Below are positions 1 through 11,231 of a stretch of DNA of 36,650 nucleotides, piece after piece. How positions within the stretch are numbered: the stretch's first letter is position 1; every line of letters starts with the position of its first letter. The stretch covers positions 1 to 36,650 of the forward strand of contig NW_021824683.1 of the NCBI RefSeq assembly GCF_006345805.1. The letters are read 5' to 3'. This DNA is from Octopus sinensis (Eukaryota). Both the position numbers and the translations under genes were made by a program. The notes below the pieces were generated by a model. That model was not told the origin of the DNA. It did no database searches and saw only the letters and a program-made list of their open reading frames with translations.

Positions 1-333
1 AATGGGATAAATTGATCCGTTGTACACGCGTCACGTCACCATGGTTACGCGTCCTGTTTCGGATTTCAACCCAGTGTGGACATTTTACTATCAAACCCAT
101 CGCTCTCAACGACTTATTCTCTCTCTCTCTCTCTCTCTCTCTCAATCTCTCACTTTATGTCTCTTCCTTTTTATCCTTCCTCTCTTTCACACTGTCTTTT
201 GAAATCAGTGCTTCCTCTGTCTATCCTCATAGTGTTACACTTGCTCTTCTATTTTCAACGTGTGGGTGTGTATATGCTTGTGTATGTATGCGTGTATGTA
301 AATTTACATACATACACACACAAACACACATAC

Positions 334-365
<32 letters not shown>

Positions 366-1116
366 CGTGTGTGTCTATAGAAACGTATGCATTTGTGTTT
401 TTGTCTTGTGTATGCGTATATGCAAATACGACTTCCTTTAATTTCTCTGGTCAAGCTTCTTTTTTCCCTACTTCTTTCTTTCTCTCCATCCTGAACACAC
501 GAATACACACACACACATACACGTGTATAGCAATACATCGTTGAAACTGACGGTTTGACTGTTCATCTGTTTGTCAGACTCATTGCATATTTGTGTATGC
601 ATGCATAAATACATATGCATACATAGGAAAAATAAAAGTAGTTTTGAATAAGTCAATAAGTTTTTGCAGTATAGAAAGGAAAAAAAATTATCAATATTTC
701 GAGTATAAGCACTTTGTCAAATTAGAGAAGAGAGATAACAAGAAAGAAAAAGAAAATAAGTTGTTTTGTGTTTTTCTATCAGGAATCATGATAATAATGA
801 AGGAAGGAAGTAGATTGGTCGGTGTGTGGCTTGTAAGAAAAGGTGAGTTTAAATGGATGATGTATGAAAAAAGTCGGTCAAACACTTGCAAAGGTAAAAA
901 CCAGAAAGCTGAGTAAGCAACGTTACAGTCGATGTTTGCGTTGATTGGTGAATGAGGTGGTTTTAACATTATGTGTGTAAGTGGCGTGTGAGTGGAAGTG
1001 AGATAAGAACAACTTCATGGGAAGGAAGGAACAATAACCGACCATCCTTGGCAACAATAGGAATGATGACAAGTGAACAGCTACCACTGCTTAATGTATA
1101 TGAAAGATGAGTAAAG

Positions 1117-1397
1117 CAGCAGTCCCTAAGCTTTTTTGCAACACGGACCGGTTTTTAGCAAGACGGTCCAAAGGATCACGCGCATAAAATACAATAAAGC
1201 GCATATGTTATTTAATTATTGTATGTTTAATACATATATACTACATATATAATACATATGTATTACATATATAATGCGCATATAATGCATAAACACCCTG
1301 TAATTGTGATAGTTAATAAAATAGAAATAGTGTGTTAAATTTTACACTTTCTGTGCGGCCCGGTACTAGTGTGCGGCCCGGTGGTTAGAGACTCCTA
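1117..1397. mobile_element. hAT/Charlie-like non-autonomous element (MITE), decayed
   Basis: Left end CAGCAGTCCCTAAGCTTTTTTGCAACACGGACCGGTTT and right end GTGCGGCCCGGTGGTTAGAGACTCCTA are imperfect inverted termini resembling CAGGGGTCCCCAACC-type hAT-Charlie TIRs (resemblance from memory). No 8-bp TSD seen; a SINE abuts the right end. Confidence 0.55.
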
Positions 1398-1401
1398 AAG
1401 A

Positions 1402-1812
1402 GGCGTAGGCGTGGTTGTATGGTAAGAAGCTTGCTTACCATCCACGTGGTTCTGGATTCAGTCCCACTGCGTGTCACCTAGGGCAAGTGTTTTCTAGGAC
1501 AGCCTCGGGTCGACAAACCCTTGTGAGTGAATTTGGTAGGCGGAAACTGAACGAAGCCCATCGTATAAATGTGTGTGTGTGTATTTATGCGTGTGTTCTT
1601 GTGTCTGTGTCTGTCCACCCACCATCATTTGACAACCGATGCTGGTGTGTTTACGTCCCCGTAACTTAGCGGCTCGGCAAAAGAGACTGATACAATAAGT
1701 ACTAGGCTTACAAAGAATAAGTCCTGGGGTCGATTTCTTCGACTGAAAAGCTCTTAAAGGAGGTGCTCCAGTATGGCTGCAGTCAAATGACTAAAACAAG
1801 TAAAGGAATAAA
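1402..1812 (+). mobile_element. tRNA-derived SINE, ~410 bp family A (CORE-like centre, internal microsatellite)
   Basis: tRNA-like head with A/B-box-like motifs (GTGGTTGTATGG, GGATTCAGTCC), CORE-like CCTAGGGCAAGTG, internal (TA/GT)n and A-rich tail. Homologous copies at 10026, 10548, 11625, 19342, 22110 and 28843. Confidence 0.85.
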
Positions 1813-1935
1813 ATATAAGAATAAACAAGAAACTGGAAATGGTAGAGATAACGTGACACTTAACATATGCGTACAAAGAGCTCCTCAATAACGCAATATG
1901 AAACAACCAATAGCATCACAGACTATGGAATACCT

Positions 1936-2166
1936 ATTTCTATACTACCCACAAGTGGCTAAACACAGAGAGGACAAACAAGGACAGAGAAAAGAATTAA
2001 GGCGATTACATCGACCCCAGTGCGTAACTGGTACTTAATTTATCGACCCCGAAAGGATGAAAGACAAAGTCGAATCGGCGGAATTTGAACTCAGAACGTA
2101 ACGGCAGACGAAATACGGCTACGTATTTCGCCCGGCGTGCTAACGTTTCTGCCAGCTCGCCGCCTT
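1936..2166 (-). mobile_element. tRNA-derived SINE, ~230 bp family B, full length with 16-bp TSD
   Basis: Minus-strand head AAGGCGGCGAGCTGGCAGAAACG and B box GAGTTCAAATT. Perfect flanking direct repeat AGACTATGGAATACCT at 1920-1935 and 2167-2182. Confidence 0.9.
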
Positions 2167-2463
2167 AGACTATGGAATACCTGTGGAGTTGGCTTCTAAT
2201 GCAAGAAACCATCCACTTCTGCTGGTCTTGCAAATATACAGTAAGTGTGCAGAAAAACCAGTTCAACTTTGACCAAACAATTGAATATGAAGTTGACCAA
2301 AGGATACGTGTGTTTGTGCGTGCGTGCCTGTGTGTACGTGTGTGAGCGTATACGTGTGTGTGTGCGTGCATGTACGTATGTACGTATGCATATTTATGTA
2401 AATCTGTGCGTGTGTGTGTTCACGTGTATGTGTATATATGTATACACATACACATATAAAGAC

Positions 2464-2497
<34 letters not shown>

Positions 2498-2499
<2 letters not shown>

Positions 2500-2729
2500 T
2501 TTCTTTACTACCCACAAGGGGCTAAACATAGAGGGGACAAACAAGGACAGACAAAGGGATTAAGTCGATTAGATCGACCCCAGTGCGTAACTGGTACTTA
2601 ATTTATCGACCCCGAAAGGATGAAAGGCAAAGTCGACCTCGGCGGAATTTGAACCCAGAACACTTAACGGCAGACGAAATACGGCTACGCATTTCGCCCG
2701 ACGTGCTAACGTTTCTGCCAGCTCGCCGC
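2498..2729 (-). mobile_element. SINE family B copy
   Basis: Closely matches 1936-2166 over its whole length. Confidence 0.9.
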
Positions 2730-2732
2730 TAC

Positions 2733-2772
<40 letters not shown>

Positions 2773-2903
2773 GTGTGTGTGTGTGGTGTGTGTGTGTGTG
2801 GTGTGTGTGTAAATATATGTATATATATATATATATACATGTAAATATATGTGTGTGTATGTGTGTACATATTTAGATTTTATATACATTACATGCATGT
2901 GTG

Positions 2904-3112
2904 AAGGCGCATGGCTCAGTGGTTAGAGCGTCGAGGTTGTAAGTTCGATTCCTGGACCAGGCTGCGTGTTGAGTTCTTGAGCAAGACACTTTATCTCACG
3001 TTGCTCCAGTTCACTCAGCTGTAGAAATGAGTTGCGACGTCACTGGTGCCAAGCTGTATCTGCCTTTGCTTTTCCCTTGGATGACATCGGTGGCGTGGAG
3101 AGGCCATGTGCC
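2904..3112 (+). mobile_element. tRNA-derived SINE family C (CORE-like body)
   Basis: A box TGGCTCAGTGG, B box GTTCGATTCC, then CTTGAGCAAGACACTT body. Does not fold into a full cloverleaf tRNA. Confidence 0.7.
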
Positions 3113-3186
3113 TCCACACTTTACTATATGTGTGTGTGTGTGTGATATGCATGTGTTATATGTCATCATATGTATATATATATTGC

Positions 3187-3488
3187 CATGATCACCGTTA
3201 CCGACCAGGCTATCAGATGTTGCTACACATCGCTGGTCACAATGCGCTTCGCATTGTTTTACCCTTCAAATGACGCCACCCCGCTGGCTAAGCGAGCAGG
3301 CCAACAGAAGAAAGAGTGAAAGAAAGTTGCGGCGAAAGAGTACAGCAGGGATCGCCACCACCCACTGCCAGAGCCTCGTGGAGTATTAGGTATTTTCGCT
3401 CAATAAACACTCCCAACGCCCGGTCTGGGAATCGAAACCACGATCCTACAACCGCGAGTCCGCTGCCCTAACCACTGGGCCATTGCCC
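3187..3488 (-). mobile_element. tRNA-derived SINE family D, tail type 1
   Basis: Minus-strand head GGCAATGGCCCAGTGGTTAGGGC...GGTTTCGATTCCC. About 178 bp shared with 30902-31082. Confidence 0.8.
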
Positions 3489-4035
3489 CACCACACACAC
3501 ACACACAAACACACACACAGAAGTAACGTTTATCGTCACATCAATACGGTTGTACCGTTTTTAACCTCAAGAGGATCCTCCTTCTAAGTACAGTTAGTAC
3601 TTTCATCTCTTATAGAGATTTTTTAACTACCTACTCTGCTTGTCATATATATATGTATGCGTGTGCGTGCGTGTGTATAGGTGGTGGGGGAAAATTCGTA
3701 ACCGGAGTAAAATAGGTAGTTTATAATTTCTCGTTATTTTATACCCCGGCCTATTTGAAATCATTACATTGCAAGCATTGCATCAGCATTTTGTATTCTT
3801 GTATCATCTTTAGCCGTACATATTGGTCAGCATAGTTGTTGAAGTTGAGCGATTTTGAACAAAGTGAGATTATAGGTATCTTTTTCTTTTTTTTTTTTTC
3901 TTTTGCAATAAATTTTTCTCATATTTGACCCGATCGTATTTGAGGTTGCTATTAAAATATCTGGATAATTTTTAGGTGTTTAACAATCCATACTCTTTTC
4001 TCTGATTCCAAGTCAACTTTTCCTCACACTAAAGT

Positions 4036-4574
4036 CTAATTCATATATACACATATATACATATATACATATTCATATATACATATATATATACACACAC
4101 ATATATATACTTCTATATATATATATATAAATATATATACATATATATACGTATATATACATATATATTCATATACATATATATATACATATACAAATAT
4201 ATACATATACATATATATATATATACATATATTTACGTATACATATATATACATATATACATATATATTTACGTATACATAATATACATATACATATGTA
4301 TATACATATATATACATATATACATATACATATGTATATACATATATATACATATACATATATATATATATAAATGTATACATATACATATATATGTAAA
4401 TGTATGCATATATATACATATACAGGCATATATATATATATATATATACATGTACATACATACATACATATATATATACATATACATATATATGTAAATG
4501 TATGCATATATATACATATACAGGCATATATATATATATATACATGTACATACATACATAATATATACATATAC

Positions 4575-4605
<31 letters not shown>

Positions 4606-5640
4606 TATGTACATATACATACATACATATATATATACATATACATATATATATATACATATATACACATATACATATGTACATATACATATATATATAC
4701 ATATTCATATACATATATATATACATATTCATATACATATATAATATACATATGCATATTCATATACATATAATATATAATATATATATATATACATAGC
4801 ATATTCATATACATATATACATATATATATATTATATATACATATATATACATATATACATATATATACATATATACATATTATATACATATATACATAT
4901 ATATACATATATATACATATATAATATATATACATATATAAATGTAAATATATACATATATAACATATATATACATATATATAATATATATATATATATA
5001 TAATATACAGATATTTATATACATATATATATATATATATATTACATATATATATATATATATATATATAAATATACAGATATTTATATACATATATACA
5101 CATATATATACATATATACATATAGATATATATATATATATAATATACAGATATTTATATACATATATACACATATATATACATATATATACATATATAT
5201 ATACAAATATATATATATATATATACATATATATATACATATATATACATATATATTATATATATATACATATATACATATATATATATATACGTATATA
5301 CATATATATATATACACATATACATATATACGGAGATACATATATATATATTTATATGTACACAGATATATAATACTTAAAAATATGCATATATACATAT
5401 ATAAATGTATATATACACGCATATATAGATACCTATATATATTTATACATACATATATACATATACATGTATAAATGTATATATACATATATAAATGTAA
5501 ATATATACATATATAATATATATGCATATATGAATTTATATATACATATAAGGTATATATACATATAAGGTATATATACATATATAATTTTATATATATA
5601 CATATATTGATGAATATATGCACACAGACACACGCACACA
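4036..5640. repeat. ~1.6 kb compound (TA)n/(TATAC)n microsatellite tract
   Basis: Almost entirely AT dinucleotide with interspersed C. It generates the spurious Y/I/M/H/T ORFs. Confidence 0.95.
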
Positions 5641-5964
5641 CTCACACAACAATTATCGTTATTTAGTCTGACCTTCTTGAACTTTCAGTGTGTGCCAAAT
5701 ATGTAGTGGAAGAGATGAAAGAAAAATCATTACACTATGATTTCATCGAAGGAATTTTTCGTTTCATGGTTTTTGTTTATTGAATATGCCAACATCTGAC
5801 TCCTTGACGTAATTAAAGAGAAGGAGAATAGAGAAGGGGAAACGAGGTAGTGGTGGTGTGGTGTGGTGTGGTGTTGATTAAGAGAGTTGGAAACAGAAAT
5901 GAGAGAATGTAGAGTAAGTGTAGTGGGGGGGGGACTAAGGAAGATGTATAGATACATAAATATA

Positions 5965-6011
5965 TAGAGAGAGAGAGATAGTGAGAGAGAGAGACGGAGA
6001 GAGAGAAAGAG

Positions 6012-6106
<95 letters not shown>

Positions 6107-6110
6107 CAGA
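5965..6110. repeat. (GA)n plus (GATA)n microsatellite
   Basis: Direct reading of the tandem units. Confidence 0.95.
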
Positions 6111-8297
6111 CAAACAAACAAACAGGCAGGCAAACAGACAGATAGCTAGATAGATATATAGATTAATAGATATATAGAAGACAATAACAGCGGCAAAGAT
6201 ATTGATAAACAGATAAAGAGGCTGACAAATCAGATAGCTGTAGACAGATAGATAAATAAACAGACAGACAGACAGACAGACAAACAAGTCGGGAAGGAGT
6301 CAGGTGGCGGCGTAAAGATAAACAGGAAAAAAGAAAGTGGGTTAAAATGTAATATTTTTGTGGACATTTCGACTCTTGGGAACACGAAGAAAACAAAATA
6401 GATTCGATGAAAGGAAAATGGAGAAAGAAAAGTGAAAGAGAATGGAAAGAAATAAATGAATGAAGGGAAAGAAAAAGAAAGAAAAGAAAAGGAGAGAGCG
6501 TAAGAACGCGCGCTTCTTTCCACGTGACAGCATAGTACGTCAACATCTTGAGTGTGCCGTTATACAAGGACGATAGGGTCACAGCGAATGGAACGTAATG
6601 AAGCAAGTAGAAGAAACACCTCCAACCGAAAGAATGTCCTTCTCCGTCTTTCAGCTGACCGGATTCACTCACCTACGGTCATTCTTTGCAGCTTTTATCA
6701 TGCATCACCTCTTCCTCAACGCTAATAGCATTCGACTAATGGTGCAGGACAGGAAAATCATTGGTCCGTTAGCAATGTCCTTCCTTCAACAACTTTGATC
6801 GGTTAAAACGATATCTCGCAAAAATATACAGCAAAAATATGTATAAAAAAAAATTTATAAAACAAATAAAATAAAATGGTTGTAATATTGCTTTGCATTT
6901 CCGACATAGTCACAGATCTCAATAATAATTAACTCTTCTTAAGAGTCCTTAGGCTACATGTAGATGTGTGCGCGTGCATTTGTGCATGCACGCGTGTATA
7001 CGTGAGTGTACTTGTTTATTTTGCTTCAGAGTCAAACTGAGACATAAACAAATGATGTTTTACATTGCTATTAGAGCGTTTCATGGTATTTAAATTATTC
7101 CATTAATTTCCATTAAGTATTTAGGTTAATTTTTTTGTATATAAAAGAACCCGGACATTCCTTGATAGCATCCATCAATGCTGCTTGACGCCACTGAAGG
7201 GAGCGATACAATAAGCAAGTGTCGAAATCGCTATCATCTCCTGTGGACAGCTGACGAAGGGAATGTGCAAGTTTTATGTAAAATGTAAATATGTATAAAA
7301 TATATACACTTTAAAAAATATTTGCAATCACCTATTTTCTTTTTCTAACATTTTTTTTTTAGTATGTCTTGGATGTTGAATAAATCTCATAATCCGATGG
7401 ATTATAAATGAGAATTATAATCCATCGGATAACGACTTCGTTTCATATGAGGCAAAGCAATCTGCTGAAGACCATCCAAATTGCACTCATAATGTGGCGA
7501 AAATATACTCGTGGGGTGATTTGAAATATCCATGGGCGGTTGAAAATGTTCGGACGACTTGAATTATAAGCTTAAAGGACCGAAATATCATATGACATTT
7601 GTTTCCGAAGTTCTAACGACACTGCCACTCTATTGCTCATTAAACTGTTTATAATTAATAAACTTAACTAATTGTTGCATGTTTCCTTATTTCTGGATTG
7701 TTGCTTTTTTTTTCCTCATGGATGAATCTTAATCTTTTTAATATATGAATCTTCTTATCTTTTTAATATATCGATTCTTCGTTAATCCGAGTGGTACTTC
7801 TTTATTTCTTTAATCTTTAATCTTTTTATTATCTTTCTATTAGGCTAATCTACGTGTCATCACCTTAATCCTGCTTAGTCTAATTTAGTGCAATTAAAAT
7901 CCTTCTAATCCTTCATTCCATCAATCCATCTATAACGATGTTAATCTTTTAATCCATAATCCTATAAGAGCTATTCAAATTCCTTGTTTATCAACAATCC
8001 GTTTATGTGGAAATGATCTTTTTAATATGTCTATAATCCCTTTAGCGTGCCTATATATAATTTTCCGCTATTCTTCAATGTTGCTGTATTTTATTTCCTC
8101 ATTCTTTCATTCCTTTATAATTTCTGTTCCAATAAATTCATTCTCTTATTCAATTATTCCTACTTTTTTATTCTTGCAATCTTTTGCAGCTATTATTTTA
8201 AAACTTTTGTTCCTTTATTTTTTTTATATATATGCATTCTTGCTTTCGTTACATTTTGTTTCATTTATTTTCATTCCTTTAATTTTCATTCATTTCA

Positions 8298-8506
8298 GAG
8301 AGGCAAGCTGACAGAATCGTTAACACGTCGGGTAAAATTCATAGAGGTATTCCATTCGTTTTTACGATCTGAGTTCAAATTCCGCCGAGGTCAACTTTGC
8401 CTTCATCCTTTCAAGGTCGATAAGTACCAGTTGAACACCGGGGTCAATGTAATCGACTTACCTCTATTCCTGAAATTACTGGCCTTGTGCCAAAATTTGA
8501 AACCAA
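8298..8506 (+). mobile_element. SINE family B-related copy with alternative short tail
   Basis: Head, B box (CTGAGTTCAAATTCCGCCGAGGTC) and body match family B. It ends GGCCTTGTGCCAAAATTTGAAACC instead of the family B tail. Confidence 0.8.
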
Positions 8507-8762
8507 CTTTCAGTCATTTCAAAAAACTTTATTAGTTTTCAGTCTTCTAATGATTTTTATTTTCATTATTTATTTTAAAATTCTGAGTCCAAACCACACC
8601 AAGATCAAATCTCCCTTTTTAGAGTTCATAAAACAAAGTCCCAATCAAGTACTATAACTTATGGTATCAACAAATTCCACCCTCAAAATTGCTGGCCTTG
8701 TGCTTCAATTAAAAACTATTATTTAATATAGAATTCATTTCGTATTTATTATATATCTTCCA

Positions 8763-8964
8763 AAGGCGGCGAGCTGGCAGAAACGTTAGCACGCCGGGCG
8801 AAATGCGTAGCCGTATACGGTCTGAGTTCAAATTCCGCCGAGATCAACTTTGCCTTTCATATTTTCGGGGTAGATAAATTAAGTACCAGTTACGCACTGG
8901 GGTCGATGTAATCCACTCATCCCCTCCCCCAAAACCGTTGCCCTTGTGGCAAAATTTGAAACCA
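8763..8964 (+). mobile_element. SINE family B head with alternative short tail
   Basis: Head matches the 1936-2166 and 2498-2729 copies (AAGGCGGCGAGCTGGCAGAAACGTTAGCACGCCGGGCGAAAT). Tail CCCTTGTGGCAAAATTTGAAACC. Confidence 0.85.
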
Positions 8965-9215
8965 TTATTACTTTCCTATATTCAAAAATTCTTTCGTTCT
9001 GTTCATTCGTAGTATCCTTCTATTCCTCCATTCTCACATTTTTTGCCCAATTTCTCTTTACTAGGAGCGTAATTTCGGGTTCGATGTCACAGTAAAATAA
9101 TTAACGCCACGAATTAAGTTATGACTGGTGAGAAAAACTTAGTCGACGGAGGGAAATGCTAAATCCGCCGTAAATGCATGTGCATTGAATGTGTGTGTGT
9201 GTGTGGTGTGTGTGT

Positions 9216-9616
9216 GATCTTTTCGGTTTGAACGGCAGTTTTTAACATAATTTCTAGGTAACTAAATTTTAAACTTCGTATACTGGTGGAATGTGTTTAT
9301 AAAACATCTTTATTGAGAAAATTCTATAGTTTGTAAGATATTTGTTGTTGTTTTTTTTTCAATTTCTGCAATTTCAACCAACCAATGACGTCCATTGAGG
9401 TAAAAAAAAAACATTCTGTGCCGTATGAATATGCCCCTCGTTTAAGAAACAGATTGGGTTTATTTACATTTCTGAAGAAAAAAGATGCCCTTCCCTCCAA
9501 CCCTAACCAACCTTAAAACAGATTGAAATGCAATAGATCGATACTAGGGTCATAATTATGGGTGACAATTTCATATGACACCGCTAGAAAAAATTGCCGT
9601 TCAAACCGAAAAGATC
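9216..9616. mobile_element. MITE with 22-bp perfect TIRs
   Basis: GATCTTTTCGGTTTGAACGGCA at 9216-9237, with its reverse complement ending at 9616. Flanked by (GT)n and no TSD seen. Superfamily not assigned. Confidence 0.8.

Positions 9617-9619
<3 letters not shown>

Positions 9620-9688
<69 letters not shown>
9620..9688. repeat. (TG)n microsatellite
   Basis: Direct reading of the tandem units. Confidence 0.95.
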
Positions 9689-9690
<2 letters not shown>

Positions 9691-10025
9691 CTGCAAGACA
9701 AGGCATAAATAATGGTCATTACATATTTTTCTTTACGGCAGTAAATTTGACTTACAGCTGTTTCCAGTAGTAATCATAGGTTCTTTCTTGGTTAAACAGA
9801 ACGACCACAAATGCGTCTGCTAAAAGTAGCATTAATATTCTGGGTTCAATTTTTTTTCTCAACTGATCAATGGGCCGATTGAGTAAACCTATCAATAACA
9901 AACCTGTAATTACTACTGGAAACAACTGTAAGACAAATTTACTACAATAAAGAAAAAGCTGTCATGACCATTATTTATGCCTTGTCTTGTATATCACTGT
10001 GTGAAAACCAGTAAAGCTGGAGTAC

Positions 10026-10446
10026 AGCAGGTGTAGCTGTGTGATAAGACGCTTGCTTCCCAACCACATGGTTCCTGGTTCAGTCCCACTACATGGCACC
10101 TTGGGCAAGTGTCTTCTTCCATAGCCTTGTGATTGGATTTGGTAGATGGAAACTGAAAGAAGCCCGTCGTCTATGTATATATGTATATGTTTATGCGTGT
10201 GTGTGTGTGTCTTTATGTCTGTGATTGTCCCCCAATACCGTTTGACAACCAGTGTTGATATGTTTATGTCCCCACAACTTAGCGGTTCGGCAAAGAGAAA
10301 CCAATAGAATAAGTACCTGGTTTTAAAAATATACTATTCGGCAAAGAGAGATCGATCGAATAAGTACCAGGCTTTAAAAAAAAAACTCCTGGGGTTGATT
10401 TGTCCCAGCATGGCCGCAGTCAAACGACTAAAACATGTAAAAGAAT
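10026..10446 (+). mobile_element. SINE family A copy (diverged, short internal duplication)
   Basis: Colinear with 1402-1812. The TTCGGCAAAGAG...GAATAAGTACC block is duplicated. Confidence 0.85.
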
Positions 10447-10507
10447 GTGTGTGTGTGTGTGTAGTGTGTGTATGTGTGTGTATGCGTGCGTGTACATATA
10501 TATATAT

Positions 10508-10545
<38 letters not shown>

Positions 10546-10547
10546 CA

Positions 10548-10709
10548 GGCACAGGAGTGGCTGTGTAGTAAGGAGCTTGCTTACCAACCACATGGTTCCG
10601 GGTTCAGTCCCACTGAGTGACACCTTAGACAAGTGTCTTCTACTTTATCCTCGGGCCGACCAAACCATTATGAGTGAATTTGGTAGATGGAAACGGAAAG
10701 AAGCCCGTC

Positions 10710-10712
<3 letters not shown>
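10548..10712 (+). mobile_element. SINE family A 5' half
   Basis: Head through GAAGCCCGTCGTA, then a (TA)n run interrupted by a Helitron. Confidence 0.85.
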
Positions 10713-10742
<30 letters not shown>

Positions 10743-10743
<1 letters not shown>

Positions 10744-11135
10744 TAGCAGTATCGCCCGGCGTTGCTCGGGTTTGTAAGGGAAATAATTATATAAGCATTT
10801 TTAGAGATGTAAAGTATAATAGCCATCTCAATATGGCTAACCACAAAGGGGGAGGGGTGTTACTGTAGCTTTTTACGTTCTGAGATTTAATAATAAATTT
10901 TAGAGAGTTACTTCCCTTATATATGTCAAAAATGGATTAAAAATGGGAAAAATTGATGGTAATTTTTTTTTAAATCGTAGACTCATCGTAGACGCGCGCT
11001 AATACCCAGACGGTCTCGATATGAATCACGACTATAAGATACCCGGTTTTGGTTAAACTGCACCGCAAAATGTGGAGTAGTTAGGAATCTAAATCGTAGG
11101 AGACAGACACACAACCTCACTTTTATATATAAAGA
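10743..11135 (-). mobile_element. Non-autonomous Helitron (~393 bp)
   Basis: On the minus strand: A|TCTTTATATATAAAAGTGAG ... CCCGAGCAACGCCGGGCGATACTGCTAG|T. Canonical TC/CTAG ends, subterminal hairpin, AT target site and no TSD. Paralog at 25221-25615. Confidence 0.9.
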
Positions 11136-11231
11136 TTTCCTCTATTTACATAATATTGAGGTCTCTTTCTTTCTTTTGTTATCTTACTGTTTTTACCAAT
11201 ATACATATATATATATATATAAATATATATA

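Noticed and set aside
2904-2970. tRNA gene-like sequences (also 3400-3488, 29460-29515, 31000-31082, 36130-36210)
   Set aside because: A/B boxes are present but there is no complete cloverleaf, and they continue into SINE bodies or are degraded heads.
4036-5645. Long ORFs (up to 210 aa) rich in Y/I/M/C/V/H/T, and similar ORFs at 29417-30425, 31687-34501 and elsewhere
   Set aside because: Translations of (TA)/(TG)/(CA) microsatellites, which lack stop codons in several frames.
5730-6287. ORFs with SIYL/LS repeats
   Set aside because: Translations of (GATA)n and (GA)n.
6163-6798. ORFs 6163-6672 (-) and 6598-6798 (+), and a GTGAGT donor on the minus strand near 6674
   Set aside because: No recognisable domain and no coherent exon frame. 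The longer ORF runs into simple repeats.
7190-7270. CTGAAGG...GTCGAAA and CTGACGA motifs resembling hammerhead parts
   Set aside because: The core is not adjacent to a closing stem II in the first case, and GAAA and stem II are missing in the second. At most a decayed fragment.
9496-9512. CCCTAACC telomere-like motif
   Set aside because: A single imperfect unit inside a MITE, not an array.
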